Assembly: GCF_902713615.1 (NCBI RefSeq)
Contig: NW_024055806.1
Location: forward strand, 186,001-250,000
DNA from: Scyliorhinus canicula
Lineage: Eukaryota
Direction of reading: 5' to 3'
DNA: 64,000 nucleotides
Program-made: the position numbers and the translations under genes
Shown: positions 11,990-23,889 of the stretch, in pieces
How positions within the stretch are numbered: the stretch's first letter is position 1
Layout: each line of letters opens with the position of its first letter
Notes under the pieces: generated by a model
Database searches by the model: none
What the model saw: the letters and a program-made list of their open reading frames with translations, nothing else
Told to the model about the DNA's origin: nothing

Positions 11990-13340
11990 GCCTGTCTGTT
12001 TTCTCCCGACAATCGCCCTTCAAGCATTTTCAAACGCCTAGGCTGTTTGCATTCAATCAGAAAACGTGTAACCGCTCAGTGTCACCGAGTTTAAACAATG
12101 CAGAAACAATGGAGAAACGGTGAACCGTTTGACCAATCTTAATCATTTAAAGTCACCCAGATACACAATCTCCCCAGAAGAACAAAACACGAAATCACAT
12201 CAATGAAGGACTGATACCCGTTTATTGAGAAGCAGCTCAATTCTACATCGAACTGGATCAAACTTAATATTGCAAGAAAATATAAATATCCAGCAAACCA
12301 GCTCGTCGCCATTGAATTATTAAACTAAACAGAAATGTGGAATAACAGCAATAGCATTGTGAGGAGCTGGAATATTAACAAAGAATTATTGGAACTTTAC
12401 CACATTTTTTCATATCGAGTCATTTTTCAAACACATTTAAATGCTTTTAATGTTTGCAGGAGATGGTAAAAGCTGCAACCATCAGATGCCACGGAGATGA
12501 AACATTGCACAAACGGCAAACTGTGATTGCAGCAACAACCTGTGTTCGGAAAGGCTTTGTCGCAGAACGTGGCTTAGTTTAATCTGCAATTTCACTTTTT
12601 TTTCAAGATGCAGAAACAGCCTCCCTGTTCTCTGCCTACAAGCCTACACCAAGCAGTTTCCAACATGTATACTCTGCATTCAATCACAAATCGTGTTACC
12701 GCTCAGCGTCACCGAGTTGAAACAATACAGACACGCCAAACCGTTTCACAAATCTTCCGATTCAAAGTCACCCAAAAACATTCCTCAGCAGAAAAACACC
12801 AAAACACATCACCGAATGAGTGAAGCACCATAGAGAAGCAGCTCAGTTCTACAACCCCTTTCAACAGAACCAAATGAAACATTGCAAGAAAATCTCAAAC
12901 CAGAATGCACCAAACCCTCATGTCATCAAATGAATGAAGAATTAAACGAAGCACAAAAATTGAATAATAACATCAGCATTGTCAGTAAGCGCATCATATT
13001 CAATAAGATAATGGAGAAACTTTACCACATTTTGTTAATATTGGGTTAGATCTCAAACACTTGTGCAGAAGACGGTACAAACTGCAGACATTAGATAGAA
13101 CCGAGATTAAACATCGTAAAAACACACGTTTTGTATTTAAAGTAACCCAGCCACACAGTATCCTCAGCAAATAAACATCAAATCACAGCAAACAGGGACT
13201 GAATCCCTCAGCAGCATCTTTCTGTCAAGAAACTGCGGGATTCTATATCCCCCTTTCAGCAGAATCAAATGAAACATTGCAACAACATCTCAATACATGA
13301 TCCACCAAAACACATTTCAGTGAACGAATGGGTTTTGAAA
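11990..13340. repeat. Diverged ~625-bp tandem duplication (two copies plus a partial third) downstream of JH
   Basis: TGCATTCAATCA...ACCGCTCAG(T/C)GTCACCGAGTT, GAGAAGCAGCTCA and AACTTTACCACATTTT each occur at ~12050-12410 and again at ~12675-13035. TGAAACATTGCAA recurs near 13270. Confidence 0.8.
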
Positions 13341-13404
13341 ATGCAGAAAAATATAAAACAAATACTCAAGTAAAACAGTTGGTAAATGACGGAATGGTTC
13401 TTAC

Positions 13405-13452
13405 CTGCAGTCACCGTCACCATGGTCCCCTGTCCCCAGTAGTCGAGATAGT
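13405..13452 (-). CDS. IGHJ: Immunoglobulin heavy-chain JH segment (IgM-type), YLDYWGQGTMVTVTA
   Basis: WGxG motif; splice donor G|GTAAGA at 13404; preceded by a 23-RSS. Confidence 0.97.
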
Positions 13453-13491
13453 CACAGTGTCATATTCCCTGGGCAGCTCCATACAATAACC
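13453..13491 (-). other. JH 23-bp-spacer RSS
   Basis: On +: CACAGTG (13453-13459), 23 nt, ACAATAACC (13483-13491). Confidence 0.95.
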
Positions 13492-13808
13492 GCACCTGCA
13501 CAAAATAGACAGAAATCCACCATTATTTTAAATATTCACAAACCAACGGCAAAGAAAATTCACGATTAATTTTCAGGAAATTATATGAATATTTGTGGAT
13601 ACCGTTATCGCTTCATAAATGACTGAATGTTTTATATTTCAGACATGGAAATGCTATTGAAAACACCAACTGTGACTAAATAACGACCACCAAATTTCCA
13701 TATTAATTCTTATCATTTTGTCAGTGCTGGACAGTAATACATCACTGTAAATAAAGTTGGATTGTAAAAGCGAGCACTGAGCCAGCCTCAGTGAATTAGT
13801 GCTGAGGG

Positions 13809-13874
13809 GCTTTTTGTATTGACAGTAACTGCTGTGCCCCAGTTGTCACAGTGAGACACAGCGTGTCAAATACT
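13809..13874 (-). other. IGHD: IgH D2 segment (coding 13837-13846, ACAACTGGGG) flanked by 12/12 RSS
   Basis: On +: GCTTTTTGT-12-TGCTGTG [CCCCAGTTGT] CACAGTG-12-TCAAATACT. The 12/12 layout matches shark IgM D2. Confidence 0.92.
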
Positions 13875-14172
13875 GCGGCAGACTGTTGACTAAAAAACAG
13901 AGATTTAAATTCACTGCTCCCTCAAAAACTAACTCTGTCTCTTCCAAGAGCGAATGGGTGAGTTATTTCAGCTTGTCCTGGTCATTAAATTTATAAAGAG
14001 GGCCAGAACACTTTTAAACCCTCTGTGCAGATATAGTGTGTCGGTCAACAGAGATAAAGTGGAAGATTTTTATACCTTTTTATAAACTAATATTGTGTTT
14101 TATTTAAGCCTCATTTAAGTTGAAAATCCTGCTGTGGCCTTGATCACCAATTTGAACAAGCTCTTTCACTGA

Positions 14173-14250
14173 GGTTTTTGTATGAGGATGTCGCTGTGCA
14201 CAGCACTGTGACCCACTGTAGTCACAGTGACAGACACCCGCACAAAAACT
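14173..14250 (-). other. IGHD: IgH D1 segment (coding 14211-14222, ACTACAGTGGGT) with a V-facing 12-RSS and a J-facing 22-RSS
   Basis: On +: GGTTTTTGT-22-CACTGTG [ACCCACTGTAGT] CACAGTG-12-ACAAAAACT. Sequence and layout match shark IgM D1. Confidence 0.95.
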
Positions 14251-14605
14251 GCACTCACTCTCTGTTCAATCCTGCCGCTCAATATTCACTTCAAATACAC
14301 GTTTACTTCTGATCCAATTTATAATTTGACAGCAGTTTATAAAACCCAATGTACATACACTTTCTCCAAGAATCAGAAATAATAAAACCAGGATATAGGC
14401 AAGTCTCTAATTGCTGAAACTGTGAACAGTCAATATAAACAGCCAAAAGCTCATTGGTTTGTTAAGTTTTACAGTTTAATTTTCTCTGTGTTAGTTATGT
14501 AAGAAGCAGCGTGTGCTTTGATTCTGATCACTGGCATTAATATTACATTTGGATCAAGTACTGACCTTCAGATTAAGGTGCAAGTTGCTGAATTCCCTCT
14601 CGAGC

Positions 14606-14644
14606 TGTTCTTGTGCGGGTCCAGCCCTGGTTCCTCTCGCTGTG
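14606..14644 (-). other. VH 23-bp-spacer RSS
   Basis: Minus strand: CACAGCG (14644-14638), 23 nt, ACAAGAACA (14614-14606). Confidence 0.92.
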
Positions 14645-14949
14645 GTCTCTTGCACAGTAATAGATGGCGGTGTCTTCGGTCTTCAGGTTCGTCATGGCCA
14701 AAGAGAAGATGTTGCTTGAAGTGTCTTTGGACGCAGTGAATCGATCTTTAATGGCTGGGGCGTAGTTGTTGCTGGATGAAGTATAGTACCAAACCAGCCA
14801 CTCCAGCCCCTGTCCGGGAACCTGCCGGACCCAGTGCATGCCGGCGCTGCCAAGGTCGAAGCCGCTGGTTTTACAGGTCAGTGTCAGGGAGCCTCCGGGA
14901 CGCCCGGTCTCTGCCTCTGGCTGAGTCAACACAACATCCGACTGGACAC
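14645..14949 (-). CDS. IGHV: Immunoglobulin heavy-chain VH exon, shark IgM-type, intact
   Basis: Acceptor ACAG| at 14950. Translation [100 protein letters not shown] has both Cys, the Trp and no stops. Confidence 0.97.
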
Positions 14950-15077
14950 CTGTAAAAATATATCAAAAAGCCCGAGGATTAATGCTGGTGAAATGATTGG
15001 TGACTCTGGAACATTCCAGAGAGAGACTAACACTGAGACAGTAACAGTGAGAGACTTGGACAATAAAAACTACTCAC

Positions 15078-15123
15078 GGGATAAGAAAGTCAGCAACAAA
15101 CTGAGAGAAATGGCCCACCTCAT
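15078..15123 (-). CDS. IGHV: VH leader exon MRWAISLSLLLTFLS(R)
   Basis: ATG at 15123, hydrophobic 15 codons, phase-1 donor C|GTGAGT; splices in frame to the VH exon across a 128-bp intron. Confidence 0.95.
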
Positions 15124-15213
15124 CCTTCTGGTCATTTGGGGGGAATGGTTGTGTCAGGAACTCAGTGAACAAACCAGCTCCCGGACTGTTGGATTCGGCT
15201 CCCAGTGAGCGGC

Positions 15214-15287
15214 ATTTAAATACCCGGCAGAAGGGGGCGGCTTTCCAGGCGCCGCCTGTTGATTGCCTGGTGGAGGCGGCGCCTGGA
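15214..15287 (-). promoter_or_regulatory. VH proximal promoter: TATA-like TATTTAAAT plus a 14-bp perfect GC-rich inverted repeat
   Basis: TATTTAAAT on minus at 15214-15222, ~90 bp above the ATG. Arms TCCAGGCGCCGCCT (15244-15257) and AGGCGGCGCCTGGA (15274-15287). Confidence 0.6.
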
Positions 15288-15708
15288 CCCACGTCCCACC
15301 TTCCACCACCCCCCCCCCCCCAACAACTGAAAGGACCCAGAGATTTACTATAGGTTATTATTAAAATAGACATTTATCTGTATCGGGATATTTGTTTGTC
15401 TGAATGGATTCATTGTAATGTCTCTCGTCATCCTATTGGTGAAATTATATTTTCGCATCTGTTAATTAAACTTAATTCCATTGTAAATTCAGTCCTTTAT
15501 TTCTGTACTCCAACATAAGTGGATGATCACAAACAGATGGAATTATATTAACAGGGAATGACTTCCGGTTGCGGCTATGACCAGCTAAGTCGCACATTTG
15601 GCAGCTCCTGCGACAAAGGTGTTTAAGGGCCGATTGGAGGGCCCCGACGGTACTGTAAAGACGAATCCCGGTGGGGGAAGGCTCCCTGAGGAGAGTGAGA
15701 CCAACTTT

Positions 15709-16554
15709 ATGGTCGGTACTCGGAGTGGGGCGACAAAAAAAGCGGCAGCAGCTCCCCGAAAAAAGCGGGGGAAGAGGACCAAAATGGCGGCCGGTGGTGC
15801 ACTAGAAGATTGGAGAAAATGGGCGGAGGAGCAGCAGGCCGCTCTCCTCCGGTGTTTTACGGAGCTGAAAGTGGAACTCTTAGAGTCTATGAATGCGACG
15901 ACCACAAGGCTGATGGGGGCCCAGGCGACCCAAGAGGCGTCGATAAGAGAGCTGCAGCAGGAGATGACTGCAAGGGAGGAGGAGGCCACGGTCCTCGTGG
16001 GAAAGGTGGAGGTGCACGAGGCACTCCACCTGAAATGGCAGAGCCGCTTTGAGGAGCTGGACACTCGAATGAGGCGGAAGAACTTGAGGATCCTGGGCCT
16101 AGCAGAAGGCCTGGAGGGGCCTGATCTCCCGAAATATGTAGCGGAGATGCTGATCTCCCTGATGGGAGAGGGGGCCGGTCCATCGCCCCTGGAGCTGGAA
16201 GAAGCATATCGGGTCATGGCTAGGCGGCCTAGGGCGAACGAGCCCCCGAGGGCGGTGCTGGTGCGATTCCAGCGTTTCTGTGATCGGGAGAAAGTGCTGA
16301 GGTGGGCCAAGAGGGAGAAAAGCAGCAAATGGGAGAATTCGACGGTGCGGATATATCAGGACTGGAGTGCGGAGGTGGCAAAGCGGCGGGCCCGGTTTAA
16401 CCGGACGAAGGCGGTGCTGCACGCAAAGAGGATCAAGTTCGGAATGCTGCAGCCAGCGCGCTTGTGGGTCACCTACAAGGACCAGCACCATTACTTTGAG
16501 ACCCCAGAGGAGGCATGGACTTTTGTTCGGGAGGAAAAGCTGGACCTGAACTAG
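15709..16554 (+). CDS. L1 ORF1p (coiled coil plus Transposase_22-like RRM/CTD), intact
   Basis: MRRKNLRILGLAEG...LELEEAYRV...PRAVLVRF...IYQDWSAEVAKRRARF motifs. First in-frame ATG at 15709; 15784 is an alternative start. Confidence 0.9.
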   Translation: MVGTRSGATKKAAAAPRKKRGKRTKMAAGGALEDWRKWAEEQQAALLRCFTELKVELLESMNATTTRLMGAQATQEASIRELQQEMTAREEEATVLVGKVEVHEALHLKWQSRFEELDTRMRRKNLRILGLAEGLEGPDLPKYVAEMLISLMGEGAGPSPLELEEAYRVMARRPRANEPPRAVLVRFQRFCDREKVLRWAKREKSSKWENSTVRIYQDWSAEVAKRRARFNRTKAVLHAKRIKFGMLQPARLWVTYKDQHHYFETPEEAWTFVREEKLDLN

Positions 16555-17511
16555 AACTTGGGAACGCCGGCGGTCGAGGCCGCCCGAGTACCCTTGACTG
16601 ATCAAGTGGCCCATGTCTTTCTTAGGCCAGGTCGGAACTTGGTTAAAGTTGATGGATCGTTTGGTTTCTTTGAAACCCTTGTGTTATGGGGGGTTTCTTT
16701 GTTCCTTTTTGTGTGTCTCTTCCCGTTGCCAACTTCCCTTAATTATTGTTGTTGTAGGGGGGGCTTTTCTACTGTTTTTTGATCTGTTCTTTAAGGGTTA
16801 TGGTTACTGTTCTGTTCGATGGAGGGTGATGGTTAAATACGTTATTATTGGGTAGTTATTTAGTTATGCAGGCATAGTTATGTATTTATGTATTTATTTG
16901 AGATTTGTTATTTATATTGTTATATTGTTAAGTTGGGGAGGCGGGACGGGGGGGGTGCAAGTTGGTTATGCGGGTTTTCTTTTTCTCTTTTTTCTTCCTC
17001 TCGTTTTAAGGGGGCTTTTTTATGGGCTTGGATGGGGACGGGGGTGGAATTGAAGATGGCGGGGTAGGGTGTGGCCGGGCGAAAGCGCGGGCTTTCCCCT
17101 GTTTCCCGCGCGCGGGACGGAGGAAGGGGGAGGAGAGAAGAGTGGGGTGTGGCCAGCAATGGCGGCTTTTCCCGCGCTGAAGCGGGGTCAGAGAGGGATG
17201 GCAAGGGGGGGGCGGGAGGCCCCTCCCCCCCCACATCGGGAGGAGTCGGAGTGTGGCAGGGGCAGCCGGGTCAGCGAAAACCAGCTGACTCTCGGGAGTA
17301 CGATGGTGGATACACCGCGGCTAGGAGGGGTCCTAGCCAGGGGGGGGGGGGGGGGGGGGGGGGGGGGAGGGGGGTTAGGGGGGATACCGGGTTGCTGCTG
17401 GAAAGGCCGAGGACGGGAAGGGAAGAACGGGAGGAGAGAGGGGGGGGGGCCATCGCCATGGGGAACGGGTCAGAAGGGGAGGGTCGACCCGGGGCGAACA
17501 GGGGACAGGAC

Positions 17512-20500
17512 ATGGCTAATAGACAGGGGAAAGGGACGGGTCGCTCCGCGACCCGGTTGATTACTTGGAACGTGAGGGGGCTGAATGGGCCGGTCAAGAG
17601 ATCAAGGGTTTTTTCACACCTAAAGGGACTGCAGGCGGATGTGGCAATGTTGCAGGAGACTCACTTGAGAGTAGTAGACCAGGTACGCCTGAGAAGGGGG
17701 TGGGTGGGACAGGTGTTCCACTCAGGCTTGGACGCAAAGAACCGGGGGGTGGCGATTTTGGTGGGAAAGAGGGTGTCGTTCGTGGCGGCGCAGGTGGTAG
17801 CAGATAAGGAGGGTAGGTACGTGATGGTGAAGGGTAGGCTGCAGGGAGAGAATGTGGTGCTGGTGAATGTGTATGCCCCGAATTGGGATGACGCGGGTTT
17901 TATGAGGCGCCTGTTGGGCCTCATTCCGGGTCTGGAGGCAGGGGGCCTGATCATGGGGGGGGACTTCAATACAGTGCTCGACCCTGGGCTGGACAGATCG
18001 AGTTCCAGGACGAATAGGAGGCCGGCAGCGGCAGAGGTGCTAAGGGGGTTCATGGAGCAGATGGGGGGGGTAGACCCTTGGAGATTTGGCAGGCCAAGGG
18101 CGAGGGAGTATTCTTTTTTTCTCCCACGTCCACAGGGTGTACTCCAGAATAGACTTTTTTGTACTGAGCAGGGGGCTGATTTCGAGAGTGCAGGACACGG
18201 AGTACTCGGCCATTGCGATTTCGGACCATGCACCACACTGGGTAGAGGTAGAACTGGGGGAAGCACGGGACCAGCGCCCGTTGTGGCGCCTGGATGTGGG
18301 GCTGCTGGCGGACGATGAGGTGTGCGGAAGGGTCCGGAAGGGCATTGAGAGATATCTGGGCACGAACGACACGGGCGAGGTGAAGGTGGGGGTAGTCTGG
18401 GAGGCCCTGAAAGCAGTGATCAGAGGAGAGCTGATCTCCATAAGGGCACACAGAGAAAGGAAGGAGAGGCAGGAGAGGGAGAGACTGGTGGGGGAACTTA
18501 TAGAAGTGGACAGGAGATATGCGGAGACATCAGAGGAGGGGCTGTTGAGGGAGCGGCGCAGTTTACAGGCCCAGTTTGACCTACTGACCACTAGGAAGGC
18601 GGAGACGCAATGGAGAAGGGCACAGGGCGCGGTCTATGAGTACGGGGAAAAGGCGAGCAGGATGCTAGCACACCAGCTGCGCAAGCGAGATGCAGCCAGA
18701 GAGATTGGGGGAGTGAGAGAGAAGGGAGGGAACGTAGTGCAGAAGGGGCAAGAGGTGAACGGGGTCTTCAGGGATTTCTACAGGGAATTGTACCGGTCTG
18801 AGCCGCCCAGGAGGAGGGGGGGAATGGAGAACTTCCTCGATAGATTGAGGTTCCCAAAGGTCCAGGAGGAACGGGTGGAGGGGCTGGGGGCGCCGATAGA
18901 GCTGCAGGAGCTAGTTAAAGGGATAGGCCAGATGCAGGCGGGGAAGGCGCCGGGGCCGGATGGGTTCCCGGTGGAATTTTATAAGAAGTATGTGGACTTG
19001 GTGGGTCCAGTGCTGGTGCGAGCCTTCAATGAGGCGCGAGAGGGGGGGGTTCTGCCCCCGACAATGTCACAGGCCCTGATCTCCTTGATCCTGAAGCGGG
19101 ACAAAGACCCTGTACAGTGCGGGTCCTACAGGCCTATCTCCCTCTTGAATGTAGATGCCAAACTGTTGGCAAAGGTCCTGGCAACCAGAATAGAGGATTG
19201 TGTGCCAGGGGTAATCCATGAGGACCAGACGGGGTTCGTAAAGGGACGACAACTTAACACAAATGTCCGGAGACTGTTGAATGTGATTATGATGCCAGCA
19301 GTGGAGGGGGAGGCTGAGATAGTGGTAGCACTGGATGCGGAGAAGGCATTCGATAGGGTGGAGTGGGAATACCTGTGGGAGACGCTGGAACGGTTTGGGT
19401 TTGGGGAGGGATTTATCAAGTGGGTGAAGCTGCTGTATTCGGCCCCGATGGCGAGTGTGGTTACAAACGGGAGGAGGTCAGAGTATTTTGGGCTCCATCG
19501 AGGTACCAGGCAGGGATGCCCCCTATCCCCCTTACTATTTGCATTAGCGATCGAACCGTTGGCGATGGCACTGAGGGGTTCAGGGGGGTGGAGAGGACTG
19601 ACAAGGGGAGGGGAGGAACATCGGGTATCACTCTATGCGGATGATTTGTTGTTATATGTGGCGGACCCGGAAGGGGGAATGCCGGAGGTAATGGAAATAC
19701 TAGCGGAGTTTGGGGACTTTTCGGGATATAAATTAAATGTGGGTAAAAGTGAGGTCTTTGTGATACACCCGGGAGATCAGGGGGAGGGAATTGGGCGGCT
19801 CCCCTTTAAGAGAGCAGTAAAGAGCTTCAGGTACTTGGGGGTGCAGGTGGCAAGGAACTGGGGGACCCTCCACAAGCTGAACTTTTCAAGGCTGGTGGAG
19901 CAGATGGAGGAGGAGTTCAAGAGGTGGGACATGGTACCGCTGTCGCTAGCAGGGAGGGTGCAGTCAGTCAAAATGACGGTCCTCCCGAGGTTCTTGTTTC
20001 TGTTCCAGTGCTTGCCCATCTTTCTCCCCAGGGCCTTCTTCAAGAAGGTAACTAGCAGCATTATGGGCTATGTGTGGGCACATGGCACCCCTAGAGTGAG
20101 AAGGATTTTCTTGGAACGGAGTAGGGACAGTGGAGGATTAGCGCTACCCAATCTTTCCGGATACTACTGGGCGGCGAACGCATCAATGGTGCGCAAGTGG
20201 GTGATGGAGGGGGAGGGGGCAGCTTGGAAACGTATGGAGAGGGCGTCCTGCGGCAATACAAGCCTGGGGGCGCTAGTAACGGCACCATGGCCGCTCCCCC
20301 CCACAAGGTATACCACGAGTCCGGTAGTGGTGGCCACCCTTAAAATCTGGGGGCAGTGGAGGCGACACAGGGGGGAAGTGGGGGGTCTGATGGCGGCGCC
20401 ACTGAGAGGGAACCACAGATTTGTCCCGGGGAACACTGGCGGGGGATTCCAGAGCTGGCACAGGGCGGGCATCAGGCAACTGAGGGACATGTTCATAGAG

Positions 20501-21307
20501 GGGAGGTTTGCGAGCCTGGGAGAGCTGGAGGAGAAATTTGAGCTCCCCCCGGGGAGCACGTTTAGATACCTGCAGGTGAAGGCATTTGCCAGACGACAGG
20601 TGGAAGGATTTCCCTTGCTTCCCGATAGAGGGGTGAGTGATAGGGTGCTGTCAGGGGTCTGGGTCGGAGAAGGGAAGGTCTCGGACATCTACAAAATAAT
20701 GCAGGAGGTGGAGGAGGTATCGATAGAGGAGCTGAAAGACAAGTGGGAAGCGGAGCTGGGAGAGCAGATAGAAGATGGGACATGGGCGGATGCCTTAGAG
20801 AGGGTCAATTCGTCGTCGTCGTGCGCAAGGTTGGGCCTCATCCAATTTAAGGTGCTGCACAGAGCCCATATGACGGGGACTAGGATGAGTCGGTTCTTCG
20901 GGGGTGAGGACAGGTGTGTTAGGTGTTCGGGAAGCCCTGCGAACCATGTACATATGTTCTGGATGTGCCCGGCACTGGAAGAGTTCTGGGAGGGGGTGGC
21001 GGGGACAGTATCGAGAGTGGTGGGAACCAGGGTCAAACCAGGGTGGGGGCTAGCGATTTTTGGGGTTGGGGTGGAGCCAGGAGTACAGGAGGCAGGGGAG
21101 GCCGGAATATTGGCCTTTGCGTCCTTGGTAGCTCGGAGAAGGATCTTGATTCAGTGGAGGGACACAAGGCCACCAAGTGTTAACACCTGGTTAAACGACA
21201 TGGCAAGCTTCATCCAATTGGAAAGAATCAAATTCGCCCTGAGAGGGTCGGTACAGGGGTTCTTCCGGCGGTGGCAGCCCTTCCTTGACTTTCTGGATCA
21301 GAGATAG
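17512..21307 (+). CDS. L1 ORF2p (APE endonuclease, RT, C-terminal CCHC) with a single +1 frameshift in a T7 run at 18114-18120
   Basis: ITWNVRGLN, MLQETH, GGDFN, GTRQGCPLSP, YADD and CVRC...HMFWMC motifs. Removing one T joins ORF 17071-18318 to ORF 18086-21307. Confidence 0.92.
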
Positions 21308-23059
21308 GAACTGGAGGCCGAAACAGCAGCAACCCGGGGAGAAAGGGGGGGGGGGGAAGGGAGGGGGGGGGGGATAGCAACGAAGGGAGCACGTCAGCGG
21401 GGGGTCGAGGGCAATGACTGCCCGAGGCCATCGGCAGAGAGGGAGAAACGGTTTGGTTGCTAGACTGGTAGCGCGCGGGGGGGGGGGGGGGGGGGGTGCG
21501 CGCGGGGGAGGGCGTGGGGAGGATTTTCCAGGGGGGATTTGTTGTGTTATAATTTAAAATGTAGTAGGGGTAAATGTTTGTATCGAAAAATTTCAATAAA
21601 AATTATTTAAAAAAAAAAAAAACAGGGAATAAGACGTCTGTCTGTCTAATTTGCAACAACTCTGGGTCTCTATCCAATTAAAACAATAACTTATAATTTA
21701 TCAGAAGAGTTGTTCTCGAATTCTGTAACTAAATACGGGCAATGAATAAAGTGATTCGATTTAAATGGTGCACGACTATCATTAAACAATGTAGGTCTGG
21801 GGACAAGAAGAAACTCTCACATTACACAATGTCTCTCCTGCTATTTCTCGAACTGCCCCTGAGCCTCAGACAGTCCTGTGAACATTGGCGGTAAAAGAAG
21901 CCGCTTGCCAGATTATTGAGCAGTGAGTTGACAGAGAAACATAAAATTCACACCAGCTTTTGACAGAGAAGTTAATGAATCAGAACGGACGCGGCGATCA
22001 GCAAAGTTATCCTTCAGCATCCAAATCATTGCCGCTAATTTTACTGACCACCGGCTGTCTAACATTCACTGGTTTTGGGAACACAGGACATCAGGACTTT
22101 GCGGCAGATTAAGCAATATCAGAAGAATAAATGTTTTATTCTCCACTAAAGCAGGTCATGAACTGGTCATTTCTCCACTCATTGGTAGCAATAAGAGGGA
22201 CTGTTAAATTATTGAAATCCAGACAAATTAAACTGTACAGAACACGGTGTTAATCGGGTATAAGAGACGACTCCGTTTAAAGGAGATCAACAACTCGGAG
22301 AATATTCCTGGATTCCTCGCGAGTTCAATGCAGTTTATTTACTTTTAATTTATTTTATTTTATTTTTTGTAATTGGAGTCATCTTATTGAACTTATGGGT
22401 TGGGTCCATCAATACCACTCACTCTCACTTCATTAGGTTCTTAACAAATGGACTTTAATAACTAGAGCGACCTTTACTCAGAACTAATATAAATTAAATA
22501 GCATCTGGTCAGGTTTCTATTTTCCGATCATGTTTAATCTCAGGGTGAACAAAACATTCAGTGAATATATTTCTTTGCATGGATCACCATTTAAAACGTT
22601 TAGTTCATGTGAGACTGAAACATTTATTGTTTGAATGGATAAATCCCATTTAATCCATTCATATTCAGGTTAATCTGCCCCACACAGTATTTGGCAGCAA
22701 TCCAGCCGCCTGCAGTCAGGGAGGCTCGAATGTTCAATGTTGTTTACAGGAAGCATCTGTATTTTTTTCAGAGATCTGTTGGCTCAGTACTGACCGCTTG
22801 GCTGCAAGCCAATTTCAAACTCTTAACATTGTCAATGAGGACTATTTATAAACAAATCTACCCAGCAACAGTACTGGAGATCTTTTTATGTTTTAAATTG
22901 TGAACTTATTTGAACTGTTCCCATCTCTAAGGAAAGGAGAGTTATCCAGCTTTTCTAGCCTCTCTTAACAATACTAACCGGCTGGAGGATCTCTCCCACA
23001 CCTCATAACATTGTGATGATGGATAGAAATACATTCAGACAATCAGACGGGATACATTT

Positions 23060-23445
23060 TGTAATAGATAAACATGTGCAGTTATGTTTTTTTCCCTTTA
23101 TTCTTCCATGGAATGTGGGACTCACTGACAAGACCACCATGTGATCCATGTCCCTAATTGCTGTTGAACGGAGTGGGCCAGCTCAGAAGGAACTGAAGAG
23201 TCAGATGTGTTGCTGTCCAACTGGAGCCACATGTAGGTGAGACCAGGGAGGGATGTCAGATTTCCTTCATTGATGAAGCAGAGGGGATTTCATGGTCACC
23301 ATTATTATGTATTCCAAATTTATTAATTGAATTCAAATTCCACCACCGGCCATGGTGGGATTTGTACCTGAGTCCCCGCAGAATTAGCCTGGGCCTCTGG
23401 ATTACTGGTACAATAACATGAATACTACACCACCACATGCCCAAA
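23060..23445 (-). mobile_element. Degenerate tRNA-headed SINE (related copies near 39900-40160 and 53515-53850)
   Basis: tRNA-like head on minus (...CTAATTCTGCGGGGACTCAGGTACAAATCCCACCATGG); the body is shared with the other copies. Confidence 0.55.
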
Positions 23446-23889
23446 GATAAAGGGATGACTGCTTTTTTGTAGGGATGGATGTTGGTTGGATGCCTGAATA
23501 TTTTGATTGAGGACTCAATGAATGTGGTTGTTGGATGGATAGATAGATGGTCTGAAAGATGTTGTTCTACATTCTCAATTTTGGGTTACGGGTATAGGGT
23601 GGATACATGGGTTTGAGTAGGGTGATCATTGCTCGGCACAACATCGAGGGCCGAAGGGCCTGTTCTGTGCTGTACTGTTCTATAGGAATGAGGAGCAGAA
23701 GTCGGAATTTCACAATCATCGTGGCTGATCTCTTCCAGGTCTCAAATCCACCTCCCTTCAATGAATTGCATTTACATTTTGTAAAACCAAATGCCGAAAA
23801 TAATTTGTGAATGTAACTATTTATGTTGTGAGTTGATCATAATTGATATATTTAATTATTTAACTTTCTGAATTGTGACAATTGGTAAC

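Larger units (their letters stand above)
15560..21620 (+). mobile_element. Full-length L1-clade LINE (~6.06 kb) with 10-bp TSD
   Basis: TSD AACAGGGAAT at 15550-15559 and 21621-21630; 5' end GACTTCCGG; ORF1, a ~960-bp spacer, ORF2; AATAAA at 21595 followed by an A-tail. Confidence 0.96.

Noticed and set aside
15227-15260. CTCF-like strings in the VH promoter (GCAGAAGGGGGCG)
   Set aside because: Mismatches at key core positions in a GC-rich context; too weak without a matrix scan.
17071-17511. Gly-rich N-terminal extension of L1 ORF2
   Set aside because: Read-through of the G-rich inter-ORF spacer; the endonuclease begins after the ATG at 17512.
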